Below, piece after piece: positions 41,155-51,240 of a stretch of DNA of 60,781 bases. Both the position numbers and the translations under genes were made by a program. Source of the stretch: Parvularia atlantis (taxonomy: Eukaryota); NCBI GenBank assembly GCA_943704415.1, contig CALSCO010001022.1, forward strand, positions 1-60,781. The letters run 5' to 3'. The notes under the pieces were generated by a model. The model worked only from the letters and a program-made list of their open reading frames with translations. It was not told where the DNA came from and ran no database searches. Within the stretch, counting starts at the first letter, position 1. Each line of letters begins with the position of its first letter.

Positions 41155-41512
41155 ATGCCGCCGCTGCCGCTGCCGCTGTCGCTGCCGCTGCCGCTGCCGC
41201 TGCCGGCGCCGCCGCTCACGCCGCCCGCGCACCGGCTGCCGGACGAGGTGTGGGTGTCGCACGTGGTGCCGTGGCTGCAGGTGCGGCTGCGGCCTGCGCA
41301 CGCCGAAGCGTCAATAGACACGACCAACTGAATAGACGCGGCAGGCCGACGACGTGCTGCGCCTCGCGCGCGTCTCCCGCCGCTGGCGACAGCTGTTCTC
41401 AGACGCGGTGCTGTGGCGCGCACTGTGTGCGCGGCGCGGCCTGCGCCTGCCCCTGCCGCTCACGCACGCCAAGACGGCCTTCCGGTGGCACTTTGGGTGC
41501 GTGCGCCGCTCT

Positions 41513-41550
<38 letters not shown>

Positions 41551-42975
41551 CGCGCGCAACCCGCTCACGGTCGCGGCGCGCGTGCACATAGCGGCCTGTG
41601 GTTCAGTAGCCTGCACGGCCACAAGGAGCCCGTGACGAGCGTCGTGTACGACGAGCACGGCGCGCGCCTCTTCTCGGGCTCGGCCGACGGCACCGTCCGC
41701 GCCTGGTCGACCACGGCGCACGCCTGCGACGCCGTCTGGGCCGCGCCGGGCGCCGAGGTCGTGGCGCTGCGCCCGGCGAGCGCGGCATCGGGCGGTGCAT
41801 TCCTCTGGGCCGGCCTCATGAGCGGCACGGTCCAGCTGCTCGTGCGGCTCACGTCGCGCACACGACGCGGCCCCGTCTCACGCGATGCGACAGGACACCG
41901 AGGCTGGCGACGTCGTCACGGCCATCCCCGTGCACCGCCAGGCCGTGTGCGCACTGCAGGCGGCCGGCCGCGTGCTCGTCACGGGCAGCAGCGACCGCAC
42001 TGTGCGCCTCTTCGACCTCCGCCTCAACAACAGCGACGGGTGTGCGCCGCGCCGATGGACTGCGCGCGCGCGGCTGAGCCTGCCCCGACGCAGACGCCCG
42101 CTGCACATGTGGACGCAGGACGGCAGCGTGCTGTCGCTGTGTGCGCTCGACGACCGCCGCCTCGTGACCGGGTGCGTCTGCTGCCGCGCCGCGTCCGACG
42201 GGCGACTGATCATTCTCGTGGGCAGGTCGCGCGACACGACCGTGCGCGTGCGTCTGACCTTGCCCTCGCTCGCGGTTGTGCGCAGCGACGCTCATCCGCG
42301 CGCCGCAGTTCTACGACCTCGCCGCTGGCCGGCTCGTCAAGGCCGAGGCGGTCGGCTCGGCCGTGCGCAGCATCTGCCGCTTCGGCCGCGAGGAGGTCGT
42401 CTGCGGCGGCGGCTACGTGCGCGGCGGCGCAATGCACACGTTCAGCCTGCGGACGCGTGCGTGCCCGCCAGGCGCGCCAGGCGCGCGCGTGCTGACACGT
42501 CTGCGGCAGTGAACGTGACCGGTCGCCTCAACGCCGGCAACGCCCACCTCTCGGCTGTCAGCTGCCTCGCGAGCACGCCCGACGGCCACTACGTCGTCAG
42601 CGGCAGCTGGACGCCGCGCGCGTCGCTCGCGCTGTGGGACGTGCACACGCGGTGCGCAACGGTGGTCTCTCGCCTGGCGAGCACTGATATGTGGCCGTCA
42701 GCGAGGTCGCACGCATCATCTACCCCGAGTCGGACGCGCCGTACAACGACGTGAGCGTGGGCGAGCACAGCATGGCCGTCGCGACCAGCCTCGGCGCCGT
42801 CGTGCTCTCGTCCCTGGGCTCGCCGCCCAAGTTTACGCTGCCGGCGGCCATCGCCTCGCTGGACGAGATGGACGTGGCTGTAGCGGCGGGCGAGGCGATC
42901 CCGCGCGGCCTCGAGCCGCCCGCGGCACTGGCGGTCGAGCGCGTGCCGCGGCCGTCGCTCTGGGGCTTTGCCTGA
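41155..42975 (+). CDS. F-box/WD40 repeat protein
   Basis: F-box RLPDEVWVSHVVPWLQADDVLRLARVSRRWRQLFSDAVLWR. WD repeats GHKEPVTSV..FSGSADGTVRAW, TGSSDRTVRLFD, TGSRDTTVRFYD. Confidence 0.85.
41508..41557. repeat. Compound (CT)n(CG)n microsatellite in an F-box intron
   Basis: ctctctct...cgcgcgcg run visible. Confidence 0.9.
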
Positions 42976-43197
42976 CCCGAGCGCGATGGCAGTAGTAGTG
43001 GTAGCGGTTCAGTAGCCTGTAGGCGGTAAGTTTTAGGCAATGGTAGGAAGCACCCACGACCACAAACGCGACCTCGGGCGCAGAGAGGGGGCAAAGGGCA
43101 GTCCATCGCGCAACACGCAACAGAACACACGTCGTTCACGCGTCCCAAAGCGTTCTTTCCCCCCCAAGGCCAAGCCCATCCCGTCCCGTGCTTCCAT

Positions 43198-43904
43198 CTA
43201 CTCCTCGGCGGCCTCCTCGCCGCCCTCGGCCTTGGCCGCGGCGGCGCGTGCGCGCTTGCGCGAGGTGCGACCGGGCCGGCCGCCGCCGTGGGGCGAGGTG
43301 AGGGCAAAGTCGATGTGCTTCTGCGAGTCGAGGCGGACGATAAACGAGGGCACGTCGACGATCTGCTTGCCGACGCGGATGTGGCGCTGGCGGATGAGCA
43401 CACGCGCGTGGTGGATCGACTTGGCCAGGCCGCTCTTGAGCACGATCGTCTGCAGGCGGCGCTCGAGGAAGTCGCGCGGCTGGAGGGCGAGCACGTAGTC
43501 GAGCTAAGGGGTGGGGAGGTGCGCGCGGGGTTCAGACGAGGCCCAGACGTGGCATCGCAAAGGCGTCGCGAAGGCGCACCTTGTTCTTGCTCTCGTCGAG
43601 CACGCCGATGCGGATCAGGCGGCGGATGAGCGCGTTGCCCTCAAACAGGCGCTGCGGGTCCTTGTCGTCCAGCGTGAGCAGCTTGCGCGCCGTCTTGCGG
43701 ATGCGCGCCAGCGCGTACTCGACGCGGTACACCTGCGCGCGGCTCGTGAGGGGGGAAAGAAGGCACAGGGAAAGAAAGGAAGCGACGGACCTCGCGCTTG
43801 TTGCGCAGGCCGTACTCGCCGCACAGCTTGAGCTCGGCGTCGAGGCGCTCCTTCTCGAAGGGGCGGCGCGGCACCTTGTACGTCTTGGAGTAGACGAAGG
43901 GCAT
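43198..43904 (-). CDS. RPS9: 40S ribosomal protein S9 (uS4), 2 coding introns plus a 5'UTR intron at 43905-44071
   Basis: [77 protein letters not shown]. Confidence 0.97.
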
Positions 43905-44109
43905 CTGTCGCAGGACGCGCGGGTCAGAGGCGCGGAAAGAAAGAAGGGGAAAAGAGAGAAAGAGGCGCAGCAGCGAAAGAGCGGCGTGCGGCTCTTCTCC
44001 CTCTCCGCTCCGAGTGCGTCGTGCGGGCGGCGGGCGGGCGCGCGGCGGGAGGGAGGGGACGCGCGGCGCACCTTGGCGGCGGCGACGGCGGCGGCGGCGG
44101 CGGCGAAGC

Positions 44110-44205
44110 GGAAAGAGACAGCGCCGCGCCCATCTGGCATAGGCCACGCGGGCCGCCCCATCTGGCATAGGCGGGTGCCCCTCGAGCGGCGGCGGTCTCT
44201 TTTCC
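44110..44205. promoter_or_regulatory. Bidirectional ribosomal-protein promoter with two divergent TCT/TOP-like initiators and a duplicated 16-nt motif
   Basis: TCTCTTTCC on the minus strand at 44110-44118; TCTCTTTTCC on the plus strand at 44196-44205; CCCATCTGGCATAGGC at 44129-44144 and 44157-44172. Confidence 0.7.
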
Positions 44206-44481
44206 TCGTTCGGCTCGTCCCCGTCGTCGTCGCGAGGTGCGTGCGCGCCGGCAGCGCGTGGGCGGGGGGCAGGGCGAGGGGCAGGGCGAGGGGCAGAGAG
44301 GGCAGAGCGTGCGGTGACTGAGCGGCGCGTGGCGGGTGACGTGGGTGACGAGGCTCGTCTTTCTTCCTTTGCTCGTGCCCTGCCCTCTGCACCGTGCCGC
44401 CTAAGCTGCTCTGTGCCGCTGGTCCCACACACATCGCACGCACACACCGCTCACCCCGTCCTCACACGCGCACCCAAAAGG

Positions 44482-45035
44482 ATGCCGCACTCGTTTGGTC
44501 TGCGCTCCAAGACGCGCCACCTGTTCGCGCGCAACTTCCGCGAGCACGGCCCGACCAAGCTCTCGACCTACCTCAAGACGTACAAGGTCGGCGACATCGT
44601 CGACGTCGCCGCCAACGCGTCGATCCACAAGGGCATGCCGCACAAGTACTACCAGGGGAAGACCGGCGTCGTCTTCAACGTGACGCCGCACGCCGTCGGC
44701 GTCATCATCAACAAGGCCGTCGGCAACCGCATCATGGCCAAGCGCATCAACCTCCGCATCGAGCACGTCAAGCACTCCAAGTGCCGCGACGACTTCCTCC
44801 ACCGCGTCAAGCGCAACGACGAGCTCAAGAAGAAGGCCAAGGCCGAGGGCAAGACCTTCGTTGTCAAGCGCGAGCCGCCCCAGCCGCGCGCGGCCCACGT
44901 CGTCGAGACGAAGGACAACGCGCCCATCACCGTCGCCCCGACGCCGTACGAGCGTGCGTGGCGCTGGCTGTGGCGTGCGTGGCGCGTGCGCGGGGCTGAC
45001 GCGAGGCCTTTGCGCCGCGCACAGTGCTGGTGTAA
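44482..45035 (+). CDS. RPL21: 60S ribosomal protein L21 (eL21); 5'UTR intron 44237-44480; last coding exon of 11 nt
   Basis: MPHSFGLRSKTRHLFAR..YKVGDIVDV..KGMPHKYYQGKTG..KRINLRIEHVKHSKCR; spliced end PYELLV*. Confidence 0.97.
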
Positions 45036-45108
45036 GGCAAATGCAACAAGAGCGGGACGGGGGGAAAAAACACAGCAAAGAACTGGGCGGCCCACGCCTC
45101 GTGTCCCC

Positions 45109-45109
<1 letters not shown>

Positions 45110-45153
<44 letters not shown>
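45110..45153. repeat. (TG)n microsatellite
   Basis: About 22 TG units between RPL21 and the oxidase gene. Confidence 0.95.
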
Positions 45154-45155
<2 letters not shown>

Positions 45156-45201
45156 CGTGCATGTGTGTGTGCTCTGGACAGTGCCCCCCCACTTCAGGGA
45201 G

Positions 45202-46785
45202 ATGGCGGCCGATGCAGGGGCGTCACGTGGCAGGAGCGCGGCGATCGTCGGCGCGGGCGTCTTCGGTGCGCCGCGCGCTCGTCGGCCCGTCGCCCCTCGT
45301 CGCGTCGCGCGCAGATCCCTCACGTCCGCGACGTGCGCGCGACCAGGGCTCGGCGCGGCCATCGCGCTGCGCGAGCGCGGCTGGACCGTCACCGTCTTTG
45401 AGCGCTTCGACGTGCCGTCGCCGTGGGGCGCCTCGGTCGACATCAACCGCATGGTCCGCGCCGACTACGGCTGTGCGTCGTCCGGCGTCGCGCGCGGCCG
45501 CCTGCTCAAACGGCCGCCGCGCCGCAGCCGACGAGTTCTTCTACCGCCTCGCGACGCGCGCGATCCGCGGGATGCGCGCGTGGAACGCCGAGCTGGCGCG
45601 CGAGGGCCGCGCGCCGCTGCTGAACGAGAGCGGCCTGCTGTTCTTCCGCCGCGGCAGCCTCGACGAGCCGGACGCGTATGAGGGTGCGTCGCTCGCGGTG
45701 CTGCGGCGGCACGGCAGCGGCGTCGTGCGCCTGCCGGGCGGATGGCGCACCGCCCGCGAGCGCTTCCCGGCCTGGGCCGGCGAGGGCGACGCGGCCGGCT
45801 ACACCGACGGCTACTGGAACCCGGACGGCGGCTGGGCGCACGCCGGCCGCACGGTCGAGTTCATGGCCGAGCGCGCGCGCAGGATCGGCGTGCGCTTCGT
45901 CTGCGGCGAGGCCGCCGGGCGCTTCGTCGCGTACCTCGACGGGCCCGACCGCGCCGTCCGCGGCGTCTGCACCGCAGACGGCGCAGCGCACACGGCCGAC
46001 GCCGTGCTCATGGCCGCAGGGCCCTGGACGCCCTCGCTCGTGCCCGAGCTCGACGGCCTGATCAACGTCGTCGGGCAGCCGTGCGCGTTTGTGCAGGTCC
46101 CGCCGCACCTCGCCGCCAGGTTCCAGTCCGCCCAGTTCCCGGCCTTTGGCGCCGACATTTCGCGCACGGGCTGGTACGGCTTCCCGGCCGATGCGGCCAC
46201 GGGCAACCTGGTCAAGGTGCGCGTCGCCGTCTCGCGCAGCCGATCGCGCTGACGGTGACGGCGGTTGCGCAGGTGGGCGTGCACGGCAACGGGTTCATCA
46301 CGCGCGTGCGCATGCCCGACGGCCGCCTGTGCGCCGTGCCCGTGCCCGGCGCCGAGCCGCCCGCGCACCAGGTCGCGGCGATGCGGCGCTTCGTGGACGC
46401 GACCTGGCCCGAGCTCGTGCGCCCGGCGCCTCTTGTCGAAGCGCGACCTGACCGTGCGCGCGATTCGCAGCGCGACGCGCCGATTGTCAAGACCAAGCTG
46501 TGCTACTACTGCGACTCGTGGGACTCGTACTTTTACATCAGCGCCGTGCCCGCGCACCCGGGCCTCTTCGTGGCGACGGGCGGGAGCGGGCACGGCTTCA
46601 AGTTTGCGCCCGTCCTGGGCGACATCATCGCCGACGCGGTCGAGGGCCGGCCCAACGCCGACGGCGAGCGCTTCCGGTGGCGCGTGCCGCCGGCGGCCGC
46701 GATCGTGCACGCGGAGCAGTGCCGCAAGCTCGACGGGCTGCCGGAGGAGCTTGTGCCGTCGCTGGCGCAGCGCTCGCGCTTGTGA
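45202..46785 (+). CDS. Sarcosine/pipecolate/fructosyl-amine oxidase-family flavoprotein with a PTS1 signal
   Basis: AIVGAGVFG, ASVDINRMVRADYG, LMAAGPWT, KLCYYCDS, TGGSGHGFKFAPVLG; C-terminal SRL*. Confidence 0.88.
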
Positions 46786-46902
46786 ACGCGCGACTGATGA
46801 TGAGTGTGTGCCTTCAAGCACAGGCGTGAGTTTGCCTGATCACGCAGAGAGACGTAAGCGCGCATGCCGGAGTTTGGCTGATTGGACAGAGAGACGGCAC
46901 CG

Positions 46903-48696
46903 ATGCCCGCGACCTTGCGCCTCGCCAGCCTCGCAGCGCGCGGGCCGCTGCAGACGGCCGCGGGCGCGCTGCCGCCGCGGTCCAAGGGTGCGCACGCCGG
47001 GCCACGGTCACGTACTGTGCTGATGCGGCCGCGGCGCAGTCATCGTGGCCGTGTCGGGCGGCGTCGACTCGAGCGTCGCGGCGCAGCTGGTCAAGGCGGC
47101 CGGCCACGAGGTCGAGGGCTGGTACATGCACAACTGGGACGAGGTCGACGAGCTCGGGCGCTGCGCCGGCGACCGTGACTTTGCCGACGTGCAGGCCGTG
47201 TGCCGCCAGCTGGGCGTGCCCGTGCGCCGCGTCAACTACGTGCGCGAGTACTGGCACGACGTGTTCGAGCGCACCCTCGCCGCCTACCGCGCCGGCGCCA
47301 CGCCCAACCCGGACGTGCTCTGTAACCGCGACATCAAGTTCAGCGTGTTCCTGCAGGATGCGCTGGCGGCGGGCGCGGACGCGGTCGCGACGGGTGCGCG
47401 CGCGCGCGTGCCGTTCGCGTGCATCCGGTCTCACGTCGTCGGCGTCCGCAGGGCACTACGCGCGTGTCGGCGCATTCGAGGACGGGCGGCCGTGCCTGAT
47501 GCGCGGTGCGGCGGCCGGCCCCGTCCGCTGCTCGTGGTACTCACGCCGTGTGTGCGCGTGCGCCCGACAGGCATCAGCCCGTACGACCAGTCGTACTTCA
47601 TGTCGCACGTGCAGCCCGACAGCCTGCGCCGGGTGCGTCTGCACACGTATGCGTGTCTGCACTCGCGTGCTCACCGCTGCCGCGTGCTCGTACAAGGTTG
47701 TCTTCCCCGTCGGCGGCTTGACCAAGCCCGCCGTGCGCGCCCTGGCTGAGCAGAGCGCGCTCAGTGTCGCGAGCAAGCCAAAGTCAACGGGGCTGTGCTT
47801 CATCGGCGAGCGCAACTTCCGCCGCTTCCTGAGTGCGCACACGCCCGCACGAGCCGCAGCAGCAGCACGCGCTGACTGCCGAGGTCGCAGCCCAGTACAT
47901 CCCGGAGCAGCACGGCGACTTTCTCAACGTGGACGACGGGACCGTGGTCGGCACGTCGCCGCCGCGCGCGCTCGGTTTCACTCGGCTGAACGCGTTGTTG
48001 CGACACGCAGCGCGGCACAGCGGCATGCACTACTACACGATCGGGCAGCAGGTGCCGCTGAGCGGGCAGAAGCACAAGTGGTACGTCGCGGGCAAGGACG
48101 TGGCCAGCAACGTCGTCTACATCGCGGCCCAGGCGTGCGTTTCTGCTGTGCGCTCGCGCGCGTGCATCGCTGAGCACGCCGCCCGGGCAGCAACCACCCG
48201 GCCCTGCGCACCCACACGATCTTCTCCGGGCCGGCCGTGCACGAGTGGGCGCGCGGCTTTGTGAGCGACGTGCGCGCGGCGGGCGAGGACGGGCTCGCGT
48301 GCCACGTGCAGGTCCGCTCGATGGACCCGCCCGGTGCGCTGCTGGGTTGCCGCGACGTGCTCCGTGCTGACTCGGCGTGTCCCGACAGCGCCGGCCGTCG
48401 TCAAGTGGTTCGTGCTCTTTTTGCGGCGTGCGCATTGGCGGCTGACGACGTGCCTGCGCGCGCACACTCGCAGGGATCGCGAGCGCGGGCGGCTGCGCAT
48501 CGACCTGGCGCAGGCCGAGCGGTGCATCGCGCCGGGCCAGACGGTCGTGATCGGGACAGACGAGGCGGTGGTGGCGGCGGCCGAGATCGCTGAGCGCGTG
48601 CCGGCGCGCTCGTGGCCTGCGTGGCGCACGCCGCTGGCCGCCCCGTGGGACCGTGCCCCTCCCTCTCCCTCTGTCTCTGTCCGACATGTAGCGTAG
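46903..48696 (+). CDS. TRMU: Mitochondrial tRNA 2-thiouridylase (MnmA/TRMU/Slm3)
   Basis: AVSGGVDSSVAA, YMHNWD, TPNPDVLCNRDIKF, ATGHYAR, DQSYFM, STGLCFIGERNF, YTIGQ, IAPGQ. Confidence 0.93.
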
Positions 48697-48762
48697 GTGC
48701 CTGCGCATGCGATCGCGTTAGCCCTTCATTTTTTCGGGGTCATTGTTGGACCTTGTGTGGCT

Positions 48763-48885
48763 GCTGCGCTCTCGTTCACGCCTCCGTGCTCATGTGCTCG
48801 TCCCCGCTCGTGCCCCTCGTTCGTGGCTGCGCTCTCGTTCACGCCTCCGTGCTCATGTGCTCGTCCCCGCTCGTGCCCCTCGTTC
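48763..48885. repeat. Exact 60-nt direct repeat (period 63) upstream of the WD40 gene
   Basis: 48763-48822 is identical to 48826-48885. Confidence 0.9.
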
Positions 48886-48933
48886 ACGCCTCGCGCAGCG
48901 GACCGTCGCCATCACACGACACAGCACAGCACG

Positions 48934-51106
48934 ATGCTGGCGCTGCACGGCAAGCCCGTGTACTGCCTCGCGGTGCACGGGGAGCGGACGCTGGTGACGG
49001 GGTCGGTCGACAAGACGCTGCGCGTGAGCGACGCGGCCACGGGCGAGGCGCGGCTGACGCTCAAGGGCCACGCGCACACGGTCTCGTGCCTCGAGGTGGC
49101 GCCGCGCGACCCGGCCCTCGCGCCCGACGCCGCTTCGCCGCCCGAGGACGCCGCCGTCGTCTTCAGCGGCAGCTACGACAAGTCGGTGCGCGTCTGGGGC
49201 CTCGACACGGGCCGCTGCCTGCGCAAGTTCAAGAACCTGCACTCGGGATGGATCCACTGCCTCCGCCTCGCCGACAACGTGCTCTTCACGGGCGGCGCCG
49301 ACAAGGCCGTGCGCGCCGTCAGCGCCGCCACTGGCGACGTGCTGTACGAGCTGCGCGGGCACACCGACAGCGTCCGGTGCCTCGCCCACGACCGCGACCG
49401 TGGCCTGCTCTACTCTGGTGCGGGGCCGGGGGGGGGGGGGGGGGAAGGGGCGTGCTTGTTGGCTGGGGAGAACGATGCTCGCGCTGCGTGCTGCTCGTGC
49501 TCGTGTGCTTGTCCTCGTGCTGCTCGCGCTGCGTCTGCTCGTGCTTGTTGTGCTCGTGCTCGTGCTGCTTGTCCTCGTGCTGCTTGTGCTGCGTGCTGCT
49601 CGTGCTCGTGCTGATCGTGCTTGTTGTGCTTGTGCTCGTGCTGCTTGTGCTCGTGCTGCTTGTGCTGTGTCTGCTTGCGCCCCAACCACTCAATCGCCTC
49701 TCACCTCAACCACTCAATCGCATACACAACCGACACCGCTCGCAGGCTCAAACGACATGACCATCCGCGTGTGGAACCTCGAGTCGCACACGTGCGTCAA
49801 GGTCCTCACCGACAACGCAAACCGCGTCTTCTGCCTCCAGATCGCCGACAACATCCTATACAGCGGTGCGCCTCGGTGGCCGCGCGTCTCGGTGCCAGAA
49901 CGGCTCACGCGCCGCTCAGGGTCATCCGACAAGGTCATCCGCGCCTTTGACATGGAGCGCGGCAAGCTGTGCGCGCACGCGGGAAAAAAAACTCCCTCAC
50001 CTGACGGCGCATCCCCGCGCAGCATTCGCGTCTATAACAAGCACACGGGGCCCGTCCTCGCCCTCCAGGTGGTCAACAGCTCGCTGTATTCGGGCTCGGG
50101 TGACCTCAAGGGTGCGCATGCGCCACGCCCGCTCGGCGCACCCGCTCGCTGACCGCTTAGGCCGCAGCGATGAAGTGGCACCTGCGCACGGGCGTCTGCC
50201 TCAAGACCTTCCTCGGGCATGCGGTGCGCCTGCCTTGCCCCCTTACGCGCCGTGTCTCGCTCACGACGACGCGCTGCCCAGGACTGGATCCGCGCGCTCC
50301 AGGTCGCCAACAACACGCTCTACACCGCCGGCGACGACGGCATCGTCCGCCTCTTCCCCATCCCGCCCGACGTCGACACCGACTCAACCTTCTCGTCCGA
50401 GCTCGGCAGCTCGTCCGCGGTCGACTTTGACGCCATGTCGATCCGCTCGGCCCAGTCATACGCAAGCAACGCCTCGGCCCGCACGACGCAGTCGGCGCGC
50501 TCGTTCACGGTCACCGACGGTGAGCGGCCCGCTCTCGCTCTCTGTCTCTTTTATGCTCATGCGCGCGTGTGGGCAGCCTCGCAAGCCATCAAGGCGCTCC
50601 AGGCCGACCCGGGGAGCCCCTACGCGCAGAGCGTGGTCGAGAACCTGACGGTGCGTGCGCCAGCGCGGTTGTCGCGCCTGGGCCCACCTGCGCCGCAGCA
50701 CGCCTGGGAGCAGGAACGGCAGGCGCTGCTGCATCAGGTGCAGCACGAGACGGCCGAACTGCGCGCGCTGGAGAACGACCGCAAGCAGCTGATTGCGCAG
50801 AACGCGGTGCGACAGCTGCGCGCGCAGTGTGCCGCCCGGTGACGTGCCCGCCGTGCACGGCAGTCGCTGCAACAGCAGGTGTCCGAGATGGCCTACTTGA
50901 TCTCGCCCGACGACATCGAGCGCAAGGCCCGTCTCGCCTCGGCCAACCGCCTCCGCGCCATCTCGCAGTACATCAACTCGCTCAAGCTCATGCTCGGGCA
51001 GCTCGAGGACGAGGTCGAATCGCAGATGCGCACGCTGCTTGCGCCGGACGCGGGCGACGACGAGCACGTGACATGTGGCGGGCCAGCGTCCCCCGGGCCG
51101 CTGTGA
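48934..51106 (+). CDS. WD40 repeat protein with a C-terminal coiled coil
   Basis: HGKPVYCL..TGSVDKTLRV, GHAHTVSCL, SGSYDKSVRVW, GHTDSVRCL, SGSNDMTIRVWNL, GHADWIRAL. An upstream exon is possible. Confidence 0.8.
49418..49745 (+). repeat. Expanded 328-nt intron with a poly-G run and a TGCTCG/TGCTTG-type satellite
   Basis: Splicing restores LYSGSNDMTIRVW. Contains a poly-G run near 49428-49444, an array at about 49480-49670 and a caaccactcaatcgc duplicate. Confidence 0.85.
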
Positions 51107-51240
51107 AGCCGCGTCTACATTCCCCCGCCAGCCTGTTTTGCCCTTGCCCGCCCTGCCCTGCCCTGCGTTGCGTTGCGTTGCGTTGCGTTTGCGCGCCAAG
51201 CTATCACTTCTGCTGTACACCGAACGCGCTCACACATGCT

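Noticed and set aside
43905..44480. Intronic snoRNAs in the ribosomal protein 5'UTR introns
   Set aside because: No convincing C/D (RTGATGA…CTGA) or H/ACA arrangement seen by eye; an Infernal/Rfam search would be needed.
49400..49700. Highly hydrophobic or Cys-rich ORFs (LVLVLL… / CCSCSC…)
   Set aside because: These are translations of an intronic microsatellite; splicing it out restores a WD40 repeat.
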